64,000 nucleotides of DNA from Candidatus Babeliales bacterium (GCA_963722075.1 CAVRJM010000001.1:832001-896000), one strand, 5' to 3'; shown: positions 1-10,751, counted from the first letter of the stretch. Translations and numbers: made by a program. Notes: generated from the sequence alone by a model not told the origin.

Positions 1-1812
1 AATCAAAATAAGCCGGTATTGATACTTTCCCCAAATAAAACATTAGCAGCACAGCTGTATGAGGAATTTTCCCTCTTTTTCCCTGAAAATAAGGTGTGTT
101 ATTTTGTAAGTTATTATGATTATTATCAGCCAGAATCTTATTTGCCAGCGCAAGATATTTACGTACCCAAAGAAACAAAAGTAAATAGCGAAATTGAACG
201 ATTACGGGTAGAAGCTGCCGCATCTATTATCAATCGCAAAGATACCATCGTTATCGCTTCGGTATCTGCTATTTATTCACTTGGTAACCCTGCGGATTAT
301 CGCCATTTAACCTTGCCATTAAAAGTAGGTCAGACCATTTCACGCGCTGATCTTATTCATAAATTAATTTTCATTCAATACAAACGAAATGATTTTGAAA
401 AAATGTCGGGTACCTTTTCGGTAATTGGCAATACCATTGAAATTAATTTGCCGTATCAAAAAGAAAAATTACGCATCGAACTATTTGGCGACATGATTGA
501 ATCATTACAGTGGATTAACAAACAAAATAATGATGTATTAATGAATTTAGATAATACCCTTATTTTTCCTGCAAAACATTTTGTAACAACTGAAGAAAAA
601 AAAGAAGCGGCTATTAGAAGCATTGAACAAGAAGTTGAAACCTGGGCTCCCAAACTTCCTAATCCATTATATCAAGAACGTATACGCCAACGCGTAGCGC
701 ATGATATTGAAATGTTACATGAAGTAGGCTATTGCTCAGGCATTGAAAATTATTCAATTCATTTTGATGGGCGCTTACCCGGTCAAACACCGTATTCATT
801 ATTTGATTATTTTAATGATGAATTTTTACTTATCCTTGATGAATCGCATATCGCGCTTCCGCAATTACGTGGCATGTATGCCGGGGATAAAGCACGAAAA
901 CAATCGTTAATAGATTTTGGGTTTCGGTTGCCGAGCGCTGCCGATAACCGCCCGTTACAATTTGAAGAAATAGAAAAAAACTTTAATGATGTGATTTTTG
1001 TTTCAGCAACGCCAAGCCCCTATGAATTGCAAAACTCAGATCAGATAGTAGAACAGCTAATCCGCCCCACCGGCCTTGTTGATCCATTAATTGAAATTCA
1101 TCCGCGCACTAATCAAATTGAACACCTCATTAAACAAATAACAGAAACCAAAGAAAAAGGATTCCGATCACTAGTAATGGTGCTAACCAAAAAATTAGCT
1201 GAAGAATTAGCCCATTATCTTGAAGAGCGGCAGATTAAAGTTTGCTATTTGCATAGTGAAATTAAAACACCACAACGCAGTGAGCTGCTGCATAAACTTA
1301 GATTGGGTATTTTTGATGTGCTTGTGGGGGTAAACTTACTTCGTGAAGGGATTGATTTACCTGAAGTTGCATTGGTTGCCATAATGGATGGTGATGTAGA
1401 AAGCTTTTTACGGGATAAGCGGTCACTCATTCAGATCATTGGGCGTGCAGCGCGTAATAGCCAATCACAAGTTATTATCTATGCTGATAAAATGACCCAA
1501 TCATTGAAAAATACTATTGAAGAAACGCATCGGCGTCGCGAAATACAACAAGCATATAATCAAGAACATGGCATAACGCCAGCTACCGTAAAACGAGATG
1601 TCACTAAAAGTATTTCTAAGTTGCAAGAAGCAATCGCTTTAGCTTCAAAAGGTAATAAAACAGGTAAAACAAAAATTGTTACCATTGAAAATGCTTTAAA
1701 ACGGATAGAAGAGCTAGAAAAAGCTATGCATGAAGCTGCTGAGGAATTCAACTTTGAAAAAGCTATTGCCTTGCGCCAAGAATGGTTTGATTTGAAGAAA
1801 TTAGTGAAGTAA
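1..1812 (+). CDS. uvrB: Excinuclease ABC subunit B (5' end outside window)
   Basis: PNKTLAAQLY, YFVSYYDYYQPE beta-hairpin, DESH, SATP, GVNLLREGIDLPEV, QIIGRAARN and C-terminal UVR domain. The frame is open to base 1. Confidence 0.97.
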   Translation, partial: NQNKPVLILSPNKTLAAQLYEEFSLFFPENKVCYFVSYYDYYQPESYLPAQDIYVPKETKVNSEIERLRVEAAASIINRKDTIVIASVSAIYSLGNPADYRHLTLPLKVGQTISRADLIHKLIFIQYKRNDFEKMSGTFSVIGNTIEINLPYQKEKLRIELFGDMIESLQWINKQNNDVLMNLDNTLIFPAKHFVTTEEKKEAAIRSIEQEVETWAPKLPNPLYQERIRQRVAHDIEMLHEVGYCSGIENYSIHFDGRLPGQTPYSLFDYFNDEFLLILDESHIALPQLRGMYAGDKARKQSLIDFGFRLPSAADNRPLQFEEIEKNFNDVIFVSATPSPYELQNSDQIVEQLIRPTGLVDPLIEIHPRTNQIEHLIKQITETKEKGFRSLVMVLTKKLAEELAHYLEERQIKVCYLHSEIKTPQRSELLHKLRLGIFDVLVGVNLLREGIDLPEVALVAIMDGDVESFLRDKRSLIQIIGRAARNSQSQVIIYADKMTQSLKNTIEETHRRREIQQAYNQEHGITPATVKRDVTKSISKLQEAIALASKGNKTGKTKIVTIENALKRIEELEKAMHEAAEEFNFEKAIALRQEWFDLKKLVK

Positions 1813-1813
1813 T

Positions 1814-2266
1814 TTATTCAGATGCTGCTAGTTCTTTGGCAAGTAATATAGATAGATTTTCATCTAACTCTTTATCATATTCTTTCCGTTTTTCAGTTAA
1901 CAACTCTCTTAATTTCATCAGTTCGTCCATTGTAATAGTTTTAAAATGTCCTTCCAATTTTCTACCAACAATCATATGCAATAGCAATTCTATTACGACA
2001 TCACTAAGCTTTTCATTTTGTTCTAATGGATTAAAAAAAGTGGTCTTTTTATAGTGCCTCAAAAAGTATTTTAAATGGCTTGAGGGACGGGCAGGATGAG
2101 ATCCCCCATAAGTCACATTATTGAGATCTTTTTTAATATCCGGCTCTAACCCCTCCAATTCACTTTTTTTCTTTAATGCGCCCTCGGTTAATGGCTTTTC
2201 CATTGTTTTTATTAAAGCAATAGAACCCAAAATAAACAGAAAGGCTATTTTTAACTTACTTTTCAT
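1814..2266 (-). CDS. Hypothetical secreted protein
   Basis: GGAGG RBS before MKSKLKIAFLFILGSIALIKT-MEKP signal-peptide-like start; the ORF track's upstream start at 2299 is less likely. Confidence 0.6.
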   Translation of the reverse strand: MKSKLKIAFLFILGSIALIKTMEKPLTEGALKKKSELEGLEPDIKKDLNNVTYGGSHPARPSSHLKYFLRHYKKTTFFNPLEQNEKLSDVVIELLLHMIVGRKLEGHFKTITMDELMKLRELLTEKRKEYDKELDENLSILLAKELAASE

Positions 2267-2488
2267 TTTTCCTCCCTTTAAAGCAGGAATATTTTTCATT
2301 TCTATTTATTATCAGTATAACATTTCTATTTGTCAAAAAACCACAAATTTACCTACGTTTAGGTTAAAAACACTTAAAGCCGCAAAATTATCCCTATTTG
2401 ATAGTTGATTTTTATAAATTATTATTGACAATTTGAAAAATTAATATAAATTAATAGTATAATAACCTATTTTAAAAAAGAAGATATT

Positions 2489-4987
2489 ATGAAAAAAACC
2501 CTATTTTACTTACCAATTTTATTACTTTCAATAGCCTCAATCAAGGCTATGAAACACCCTCAAGAGACTATCAAACCCGATTACTTTTTTACCCTTGAAT
2601 TTTCTAATAATGAACAAGCAAAGTTCGCGCTTGATGTTTTAAGAACGTCAAAAACCTTTGAAACTTATTATCAAGAAGCGCTTAAACAAGGAGAAACTTC
2701 TATTCCTTTTAGGGAAATCAAAAAAAAAGATTTTATGGGCTTTATTTTTCCAATAATGGCAGCTCATTATAGTGATAGTGAAATCAAACTTAATAGAAAA
2801 ATCTTGAACGTACAAAAAATCCGACTCATTGATCGAAAACGTTTTAAGTGTATTAAACATGCGATTCGTTTTTTAGATTTCGGTGTCACCATTGCAATAC
2901 CAAAACAAGCACCTCAACCAATTGCACCGGTACAACGTCCACAAGAAAATAAAATAAAAAGAGTATATGATGCCTTACCCATACGTAAAGTAAAAACGCT
3001 TATCAATCTTGCAGCTAAGGTCGCGTTTTCTCATTGGCTAAAAACAGACCATCCAAAAAAACAACTTAGTATTTTACCAAGAGAATTAATTGCAAAATAT
3101 ATCGATAGGCCCCTCGATCCTACAAAACGTACTCCCATTTACTATGCAAAGGATATAGAAAAATTAGATCAATTAATACAGCTGGGAGCTGATTATCGTA
3201 CAGTTCACGATATCATTGACCATGATACCCCTACTAATTTTGCCGTTAAATTTATTCAATCAATAGCACCAACCTTAATTAATAAATTGAAAGAGCCTTT
3301 ACCTTCTGGCCAACCAGCACCAATAGATCAACCAGATCTCGCAGGAAATAATTATATAGACAATATTAGATTGCTTAGTAATTCATCTGTTCATACCAGT
3401 GCTCAGCGTAATGTAGATGGCAGGAATAAATTCTTTCTTAATTTTGAGAATCAAGACTTAAAAACCATTATTGCGCAATACAAAAAAGAAGGCTTAAATA
3501 TTAATCAACAAGATATATGGGGTAATACACCGCTTATCTTCGCATTAAAATGTTTACGTCCTACCGCTGCTCAAGAACTTATTTGTGCTGGCGCACAAGT
3601 TGATGCCATTGACAAAAATCAAAGAACGGCACTTATGTATGCGATCATGCTCAGATACAATTCATTAATGCCATTGTTAATGCCATCTAAGCTGTCAAAA
3701 CGTGAATCATATTTGTTACTAGTAAAAAGAGATAACACCAACAAAAATATTTTAGACCTTGCCCTTGAATATAATATTGATGCATTAGCTTATCTTTTTA
3801 CACACTATAATTTTCCTCCTGAATTTTTAAATATCATTTTTAGAAAAGCTATTAAATATAATCAAAAAGCAGTCAATTTTTTAATTGAATCAGGCGCAGA
3901 TATTAATACCAAAACGTGCTATAGAAAAACAAGTCGCACCTATGCAAATAACGGTAAAACACCGCTTATAATAGCAGCATCAAGCGGGAATGCAGATCCG
4001 GAACTAATAAAAAAATTACTTAACGAAGGTGCTAACCCTAATATAGTGTATGAAAACGCAAGAAAACAACACACAGCGCTTAGTTTTGCTATCACTGCCG
4101 AAAATAACCATATTATTCCAACATTAATTGAAGGCGGAGCTAATATTAATCAACGCTTGCCTAACGGTGATTATATAATACATTTTGCCGCATGCTTTAA
4201 CCCAAGCGCTCTAGAACATTTACTTAACTCGCAAAATCAATCATTAAATATTAATGTACAATCACCAACCGGCTTTACCGCATTAATGTTTTTAATCGAT
4301 TTCCATACCGGTGATATAGAAATATTAAAACAGCTATTAAAAGCGGGTCCTAATTTAGAATTAAAAAACTCTTCAGGCGAAACTGCTCTTAATATGGCAG
4401 CAAGCAGATATATAACATCAACTAATAAATCACATGCTAACAGTAGTTATTTAACATTTCTGTTGAAAGCTGGTGCTGAATGTAATACTCAGGATAATTC
4501 TGGTAATACACCACTTATGAATCTATGTACTATATTTAGCACTAATCCAAATATCCATCCTGCTTACCAATATGATAGTGAAAGTACTATTGATGCCATG
4601 AAGTTGTTAATTCAAGCTGAAGCTGCTATTAATACGCTCAATAATAAACAAGAAACTGTATTACATCTGGCATTAGCTTTTGCCCAACCACGTATTATTG
4701 AATTTCTTTTAAGCAATAAGATCGATTGTAATCGGCAAAATGATGATGGTAATACTGCATTAATGCGCGCATTACAGAAATATATAAATCCTTTACCAGA
4801 ACATCTTAAACATCTTTCTCATATACATGAAAAACCAGTTGACCAAGTAGTTCAAGATTTACAACAGCAATACAAAGAGATTGTAAAATTGCTATGGCAC
4901 CAAACTGATCGCTCACTTATTAATAATGATAATGAAACAGCTGAAGATCTAGCACGAAGAGCACAGCTTAATCCTGCTGATTTTTAA
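2489..4987 (+). CDS. Secreted ankyrin-repeat protein with BTB/Skp1-like N-terminus
   Basis: Signal peptide (SIKA-MK); many ankyrin repeats (GNTPLIFA, GKTPLIIAA, GFTALM, GETALNMA, GNTPLM, GNTALM). Confidence 0.9.
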   Translation: MKKTLFYLPILLLSIASIKAMKHPQETIKPDYFFTLEFSNNEQAKFALDVLRTSKTFETYYQEALKQGETSIPFREIKKKDFMGFIFPIMAAHYSDSEIKLNRKILNVQKIRLIDRKRFKCIKHAIRFLDFGVTIAIPKQAPQPIAPVQRPQENKIKRVYDALPIRKVKTLINLAAKVAFSHWLKTDHPKKQLSILPRELIAKYIDRPLDPTKRTPIYYAKDIEKLDQLIQLGADYRTVHDIIDHDTPTNFAVKFIQSIAPTLINKLKEPLPSGQPAPIDQPDLAGNNYIDNIRLLSNSSVHTSAQRNVDGRNKFFLNFENQDLKTIIAQYKKEGLNINQQDIWGNTPLIFALKCLRPTAAQELICAGAQVDAIDKNQRTALMYAIMLRYNSLMPLLMPSKLSKRESYLLLVKRDNTNKNILDLALEYNIDALAYLFTHYNFPPEFLNIIFRKAIKYNQKAVNFLIESGADINTKTCYRKTSRTYANNGKTPLIIAASSGNADPELIKKLLNEGANPNIVYENARKQHTALSFAITAENNHIIPTLIEGGANINQRLPNGDYIIHFAACFNPSALEHLLNSQNQSLNINVQSPTGFTALMFLIDFHTGDIEILKQLLKAGPNLELKNSSGETALNMAASRYITSTNKSHANSSYLTFLLKAGAECNTQDNSGNTPLMNLCTIFSTNPNIHPAYQYDSESTIDAMKLLIQAEAAINTLNNKQETVLHLALAFAQPRIIEFLLSNKIDCNRQNDDGNTALMRALQKYINPLPEHLKHLSHIHEKPVDQVVQDLQQQYKEIVKLLWHQTDRSLINNDNETAEDLARRAQLNPADF

Positions 4988-5002
4988 GATAAGGAAGTTA
5001 AA

Positions 5003-5119
5003 ATGAATTTTATAAGAATCAGTTGGACAAGTTGCCTTATATTACTTGTGAATAATAGTATTTTTGCCATCAGGAAAAACAACGAATTAAACAAATTGTT
5101 GCATTATTATATGGGATAA
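5003..5119 (+). pseudogene. Possible short remnant of a signal-peptide protein
   Basis: AAGGAAG RBS, then MNFIRISWTSCLILLVNNSIFA and a stop after 38 aa. Confidence 0.25.
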
Positions 5120-5191
5120 AACTGACAGTACATTAGTCAATAACGCAGACCAAACAATGGAACAATTGCTGCAAGCAAAAAATATTACAAT

Positions 5192-5542
5192 TTAATGAAC
5201 ATTTTGTAATTGAGAAAGTTCTTGATTTAAGAAATATGTAAGAATCGTGCGAATAATTACCAATGCACCAAGCATACCAATATCATAAAAGTTAGGGGCT
5301 ATAATTGTTTTAATGATGTCAGCAGCCAGTAAAAACTCTACTGATAATACAATATAACGTCCTAAATCTAAGCGCATTTGATCGATTCCCACTAACGAAG
5401 ATCTATGAATGATACCAAGGCTATAACGAACTATTGCATGAACCACGCCGATAACAATAATACAAACACCAATAAGATCGAGAATATTCATGATGTTTTT
5501 TAATAACCAAAGGATCGAAACATTTGAAATGAGATCGTACAT
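5192..5542 (-). CDS. DUF1622 family membrane protein
   Basis: RLDLGRYIVLSVEFLLAADIIKT ... LGALVIIRTILTYFL matches the DUF1622 pattern. Confidence 0.85.
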   Translation of the reverse strand: MYDLISNVSILWLLKNIMNILDLIGVCIIVIGVVHAIVRYSLGIIHRSSLVGIDQMRLDLGRYIVLSVEFLLAADIIKTIIAPNFYDIGMLGALVIIRTILTYFLNQELSQLQNVH

Positions 5543-5571
5543 AACTATTTTCCTTAATTTTCATAAAATTC

Positions 5572-5666
5572 TGTCATCCAGAGCGAAGCGTCGGGATCCA
5601 GTAAATAAATAAGAAGTCTTTATTTTTATAACTGGATTCTTACCGCCTAAAGGCCTCAGAATGACA
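5572..5666. repeat. Palindromic intergenic element (REP/RPE-like, family A)
   Basis: TGTCATCCAGAG...GGATCCAG-AT spacer-CTGGATTC...CTCAGAATGACA; near-identical to 18942-19102. Confidence 0.8.
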
Positions 5667-5826
5667 TTTGAATCAATACAACAATAGGTATCAAATCCAT
5701 GCTGATTAAAGTGTACTGAGCTTATTCGTTACTTATCAACAATTTGAAACCCAATCCCAAACACATGTACTAGAATTTAGGAATAAAATGAGTTATTCTG
5801 CATGGATTAATTTTATTAATGGATGG

Positions 5827-5984
5827 CCATCCGTTTTCGTTAATCCAGCTATCGCTAAAAAAGCTATGGCGGAGTAAACAACTACGCCGGGAAGAGCGCA
5901 TGGCCGCCTTAGCCCTTGGGCGGCGGCGGATTGCCATGACCATTTTGTTTTCGATTGCCATCCCGAGTTTACGTGGGGATCCAT
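5827..5984. repeat. Composite palindromic element (families A and B)
   Basis: 5827-5940 is a diverged reverse complement of 8739-8863; it is followed by a GCCATCCCGAG...GGGATCCA half-element. Confidence 0.75.
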
Positions 5985-6042
5985 TAGTTAATAACTCCTT
6001 TATTAATTTTTAAGAACTATATTTTCGGCAACTATATCCCAT

Positions 6043-6071
6043 TTGACAAAATATCGGCATTACTATAGACT
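6043..6071 (+). promoter_or_regulatory. Putative sigma70 promoter
   Basis: TTGACA-17 bp-TAGACT upstream of the AAGGA RBS and the ORF at 6118. Confidence 0.5.
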
Positions 6072-6117
6072 ATTAATAATTCAAATTGAATAAAATAAGG
6101 TTATAAAGGAATACTCA

Positions 6118-6537
6118 ATGCGCATATATATTGCTATCATAACATTTTTAATCCCAGCATTTTTAAATGCTTCTCCAATACATCACCCCAAAGTTACCCA
6201 TTTTGAATGGGGCAAAATAGTTGTTGATTCAACTACATATAAAGATTGCAGATTATGGCCAAACCATCATGAAGCATGGAATTGGGATAAAACTAATACG
6301 CGTCATGTGCCAGGAATTCAAATAGCAGATCTTTCTGATTTTGTTAATGAAATAGATATTATCATTCTTTCTCAAGGCGTTGACGGAATTCTGAAAATAA
6401 AACCTGAAACTATTGAATATCTTAAAAAGCAAAATAAAGAAATTCATATTGCACGAACACCACAAGCAATTGAATTATATAATAAACTATCAACAGAAAA
6501 TAAACGGGTCGGAGCTTTATTGCATTCAACTTGTTAA
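6118..6537 (+). CDS. Mth938/DUF498 (AAMDC-like) domain protein
   Basis: WGKI..YKDC.LWP...W.W..T.H.PGIQ, ILSQG, TPQAIELYN, GALLHSTC C-terminus. Confidence 0.85.
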   Translation: MRIYIAIITFLIPAFLNASPIHHPKVTHFEWGKIVVDSTTYKDCRLWPNHHEAWNWDKTNTRHVPGIQIADLSDFVNEIDIIILSQGVDGILKIKPETIEYLKKQNKEIHIARTPQAIELYNKLSTENKRVGALLHSTC

Positions 6538-6643
6538 AATTAATAGGCCATGAAATTTAATCAAAAAATACGCTACGCTCAGCATGATATTTGTCAGTAA
6601 TTTTCAAAGATATTGATATATTAACCATTAAAGGAAAAAATTA

Positions 6644-8731
6644 ATGAATCCGAGTAAAATGGGCATTATTAGTGCTTTAACTCTTGTTCCGGTATTATTA
6701 TTATGCACGTATTTAAAATCACCTAAAAAAGAAGATTTTATTATGATAAAAACCGTTACTTCACTTAATGAATTAAAAAAATTATTCCCGACCACTCCTA
6801 GCCAGCTGGTTTCATTAGCACAACATGCAATTAAAGAAGCGCATCAGAATGTAGATACTATTATGGCAATCCCTTTGGAACAGCGCACCTTTGATAATAC
6901 CATAGCTGCTTATGATAAAACTGTAACTATTTTCAGCCAAGCGCGCGCATTAATAGAATTATTTACCTTAGTACATCCTGATGAACAAATGCGAACTATC
7001 GGTCAAGAACAATTAATCAGTTTACAAAATGAAGCGGTCGACCTTTTTGCTCAAAACAAAAATTTGTATACCATGCTTAATGATTATAACATCCATAATG
7101 CTCCGCAAGAAAATTTAAGCAAAAAACAAAAATACTTCTTAGAAGAAACATTAAAAGATTATGAACGATATGGGTTAAATCGTGATAACCAAACTCGCAA
7201 TAAAATAGCAGCACTCCGCAAAGAGCTCTCGGAATTTGAATTGGCTTTTGATAAAAATATCTATAGCGATAATCGTACCGTTGCCGTCCATAAAGATGAA
7301 TTAACTGATTTAGATGATGATTTTATTGCGCAATTAAAACAAAATGAAGAAGGATTATACCTTCTAGGCGTTGATTATCCCACCTATCATAAGGTTATGG
7401 ATTTCTGTTCTAATAACCACACCCGTAAAAAATTATACGATGCTTTTAATAAACGTGCATACCCAGCAAATTGTTCAGTGCTTTCTACGGTAATTGAAAA
7501 ACGCCATAAATTGGCTGAGCTTCTTGGGTTTAATAGCTTTGCCCATTTAGCGTTACAAGACCAAATGGTTAAAAATCCTGAACGCGTTGAAGAATTTCTT
7601 ACTAATCTCGTTGAAAAAACAGTTGCAAAAGAACAACTAGAGTTCGAGCGGTTAATTAAAAATCTGCCCGCATCAGTTCGACTTTCTCCCGAAGGCAAAT
7701 TGTATCCATGGGATCGATCATATGTAGTGCAACACTATAAAAAAAATAATTTTAACATCGACGAAAATAAGATCAGCCATTATTTTCCAATGGATAATAC
7801 TATTAAAGAATTGCTTGCCATTTATGAGCAGTTTCTTGATCTTGAATTTAAAGAAGAAGCAATCGATAGCCTATGGCATCCTGAAGTAAAATTAATCACG
7901 GTGTACCAAAATAAACAATTACAAGGGTACTTATTATTAGATCTTCATCCACGTGCACATAAATATAATCATGCATGTCATACCACTATTATTCCGGCAC
8001 TTAAAACCAACGAAGGAATCCGTCCTGCTGTTTCAGTAGTGATAGCAAACTTCCCGCACGCTATTGCAGGTCAACCGGCATTATTAAAACGAGATGACGT
8101 AAATACCTTCTTCCATGAATTTGGCCATGCCCTTCATGCATTATTGGGCGCAACTAAGCTTGGATCTTTTTCTGGAACTCGGGTAAAAACAGATTTTGTT
8201 GAGATGCCTTCTCAAATGCTTGAAGAATGGTTATGGGACCCTGCTATCTTAAAACAAATCAGCAAACATTATAAAACGGGTGAGCAGTTACCTGATGAAA
8301 CAATTAATACGTTAATTGAACTAAAAAATCTTACCAGCGCTGGCGACATACAACGCCAATTAGTATTTGCCTTAGTTTCACTTAATTATTTTAAAGAAGG
8401 TGCGCAAAAAGATATTTATGCCATCTTCAAGAAATTTTATGAACAAATTAGAAAGAATGATCTGTTTTATGATGATTGCCATTTCTATACGGCATTCGGT
8501 CATTTAATGGGCTACGATGCAAAATATTATAGTTATTTATGGTCAAAAGTATTTGCCTTAGATCTTTTTGAACATATTAAATCATTCGGGCTTTTAAATA
8601 CTGATATTGGTACTCGTTATAAAAATACTATTCTTGCAAAAGGTGGCAGCAAAGATCCTGATGAACTCCTGTATGATTTCTTAGGACGCGCACCTACCAC
8701 TGATGCTTTTATGAGAAGCCTTGGATTGTGA
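6644..8731 (+). CDS. M3A zinc oligopeptidase (thimet oligopeptidase/oligopeptidase A family)
   Basis: FFHEFGHALH, DFVEMPSQMLE, FGHL.GYDAKYYSYLWS motifs. Confidence 0.93.
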   Translation: MNPSKMGIISALTLVPVLLLCTYLKSPKKEDFIMIKTVTSLNELKKLFPTTPSQLVSLAQHAIKEAHQNVDTIMAIPLEQRTFDNTIAAYDKTVTIFSQARALIELFTLVHPDEQMRTIGQEQLISLQNEAVDLFAQNKNLYTMLNDYNIHNAPQENLSKKQKYFLEETLKDYERYGLNRDNQTRNKIAALRKELSEFELAFDKNIYSDNRTVAVHKDELTDLDDDFIAQLKQNEEGLYLLGVDYPTYHKVMDFCSNNHTRKKLYDAFNKRAYPANCSVLSTVIEKRHKLAELLGFNSFAHLALQDQMVKNPERVEEFLTNLVEKTVAKEQLEFERLIKNLPASVRLSPEGKLYPWDRSYVVQHYKKNNFNIDENKISHYFPMDNTIKELLAIYEQFLDLEFKEEAIDSLWHPEVKLITVYQNKQLQGYLLLDLHPRAHKYNHACHTTIIPALKTNEGIRPAVSVVIANFPHAIAGQPALLKRDDVNTFFHEFGHALHALLGATKLGSFSGTRVKTDFVEMPSQMLEEWLWDPAILKQISKHYKTGEQLPDETINTLIELKNLTSAGDIQRQLVFALVSLNYFKEGAQKDIYAIFKKFYEQIRKNDLFYDDCHFYTAFGHLMGYDAKYYSYLWSKVFALDLFEHIKSFGLLNTDIGTRYKNTILAKGGSKDPDELLYDFLGRAPTTDAFMRSLGL

Positions 8732-8738
8732 CGGATAC

Positions 8739-8884
8739 GTCATCACGATCCGCCGCCGCCAAGGCTATGGCGGGATTTCGTCAACTTAACAAGCCTGTCC
8801 CGTCGAAGTTATTTACTCCGCCGTAGTTTTTTTAACCAATGCTGGATTAACGAAGACGGATGGTGATCCAGTCATAAAATGACA
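8739..8884. repeat. Composite palindromic element
   Basis: GTCATC...CCGCCGCCAAGGCTATGGCGG...GATCCAG; inverted homolog of 5827-5940. Confidence 0.75.
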
Positions 8885-8890
8885 TAAGTT

Positions 8891-8930
8891 AAAAGGGGCA
8901 TTATGAGAAAAACTCATAATGCCCCTTTTT
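8891..8930. terminator. Bidirectional rho-independent terminator
   Basis: Perfect hairpin AAAAGGGGCATTATGAG-AAAAA-CTCATAATGCCCCTTTT between convergent genes. Confidence 0.85.
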
Positions 8931-8934
8931 CATT

Positions 8935-9339
8935 TTATAATGCTTGTGGTCCTGATGCCTGAGGGGCACCTGCTGTTGGAGCGCCTTCAGGGAGTATGCC
9001 CAATCTATGTTGTAAACGCAACACCATTTCTGCTAATTGATTAAGTACTCTACCTTGTACTTGCGCAATTTCAAGTAACGTATTGATTTCTTGTACACTA
9101 CCAATAGGCACTTGATTAATTCGTTGCAATTCTCGTTCCATTGCTCCTAATTCAACGCCATTAGTTGCTGCTCCACCTGCCTGTTTTTGAAGCATGTATA
9201 CTTTTTCTGTTAATGTTTTAAGCGCTTGCCCTTGCGAAGTAATATCATCACGTATCGCTTGCAATCTGCTCGCATCGGCAGCATACACCGATGATACAGT
9301 AGCAATCATTAAAACTAGTATATATTTTATTAACTTCAT
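8935..9339 (-). CDS. Secreted coiled-coil hypothetical protein
   Basis: Signal peptide ending VYA; heptad-rich helices; AAGGAG RBS. Confidence 0.7.
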   Translation of the reverse strand: MKLIKYILVLMIATVSSVYAADASRLQAIRDDITSQGQALKTLTEKVYMLQKQAGGAATNGVELGAMERELQRINQVPIGSVQEINTLLEIAQVQGRVLNQLAEMVLRLQHRLGILPEGAPTAGAPQASGPQAL

Positions 9340-9352
9340 AATTCTTCTCCTT

Positions 9353-10450
9353 TTAAGCAGCTGCCGCTGGAATTACTACCGGAACTGCTGGAGCTGCCGG
9401 AACTGCTGAAACAGCAGATAATCTATCTTCAATTAACTTAACTTGATCCGCAAGTGAAATAATTGCATCAGCACTACGCTTTTCCCCTTGCTCAAGTTCA
9501 TCAAGACGCGTATCGTATTCTGCCGTTTTAATATACACTGGCTGTTCTACATACGTAGGAACTTCTTCATATATCGGTTCAGGAGTTGCTAACGGCGCTA
9601 AGTTTTCAAAGAACCATGGATCATATACACCTAAAGCTGTTGATATTCCCCACCATGGACCAACACCTAAGCCCCAATACCACCACGGACTCAAGAATGG
9701 ATCAAATAATCCCCACCAGCCAAAGAAGCCAAATCCGCCGCCCCACCAGAAGCTATTAAAATTATTAAATCGCCCAGCGTGGCCTGCCTCATGTCCTATA
9801 TGGTTTAACCCATTAGCATGCGCTAAGCTTCCTTTAGTACCGCTGGCACCAAGCATTTCTCTCCCAGCACCGGCTTTAGCGGCAGTTGCGCCTCTTGCTG
9901 CGCCACCGCCTATACCTTTCCCCGCTCCAGCCAATCCGGCACCTGAAATTCCTCTACCTGGGCCACTTATGCCTTTACCAGCCGTAGGACCGCTTATTCC
10001 TTTACCAGTTGCTCCTGATAATTGCCCATGACCAATTTGTCCAATTCTACTACGCTGCGCTGACGTCATGCCATGCGTACCAGAAATACCTCTACCAGCC
10101 CCACCAGCTACACCTCTACCTGCAAATCCTGTTGCGCCACGGCCAGCAGCATATCCAGGCCCGCTTGAATAGGCACGACCCGCACCGCCTCGTGATACCA
10201 TTACAGTACGTCCTCCTCCAGCATAGCCACCACGGTATCCACCGCCGCGATAACCACCGTATCCACCGCCACGGTATCCGCCACCACCAAATCCACCTCC
10301 ACGGTATCCACCGCCGCCGCCTCTAAAGCCGCCGCCGCCACCATGGCCACCACCGCCATGACCGCCGCCGCCACCGCGGCTAAAAACAGTATCGGAATTG
10401 ATAAGGGCTAGAGAAAGAAGGCCTGCCCATAATAATCTTTTTTTATTCAT
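9353..10450 (-). CDS. Secreted glycine-rich (RGG/YRGG) low-complexity protein
   Basis: GGAG RBS before MNKKRLLW; signal peptide, GGGYRGG repeats, GKGISG repeats, W/F/G-rich segment and C-terminal coiled coil. Confidence 0.75.
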   Translation of the reverse strand: MNKKRLLWAGLLSLALINSDTVFSRGGGGGHGGGGHGGGGGFRGGGGGYRGGGFGGGGYRGGGYGGYRGGGYRGGYAGGGRTVMVSRGGAGRAYSSGPGYAAGRGATGFAGRGVAGGAGRGISGTHGMTSAQRSRIGQIGHGQLSGATGKGISGPTAGKGISGPGRGISGAGLAGAGKGIGGGAARGATAAKAGAGREMLGASGTKGSLAHANGLNHIGHEAGHAGRFNNFNSFWWGGGFGFFGWWGLFDPFLSPWWYWGLGVGPWWGISTALGVYDPWFFENLAPLATPEPIYEEVPTYVEQPVYIKTAEYDTRLDELEQGEKRSADAIISLADQVKLIEDRLSAVSAVPAAPAVPVVIPAAAA

Positions 10451-10751
10451 TACTATCTCCACTTTTTATACAATAAACAAGAAAGATTTTTCCTTTATAA
10501 TTATACTAAATGAATAGCAAGGTTTTCAATATTTTTATAATTTATTCATATTGAAAATTTATGGATTATCACTAGAATAATAGTGTAAATAGAGGGTGAT
10601 CTTGCTATGATTAAGGGGATTGGTTTGTTAAGTAGTAAAGGCTGCAGTAAATCTCAAAGCATTAAAAAAGCCGTTGTCGACAATTTGTACAGGGCAAACG
10701 CATCAAATAATAAGTATTTAAGCCAAAAATTAAAAGGATATTAACTTTGGC

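Noticed and set aside
5770..6013. Three short overlapping ORFs (63-64 aa)
   Set aside because: They lie on the GC-rich palindromic repeat and are best explained as chance ORFs.
10210..10380. Short tandem repeats (CCACCGCC/CGGTATCC) as a possible CRISPR array
   Set aside because: They are codons of the GGGYRGG repeats; there are no unique spacers and no cas genes.
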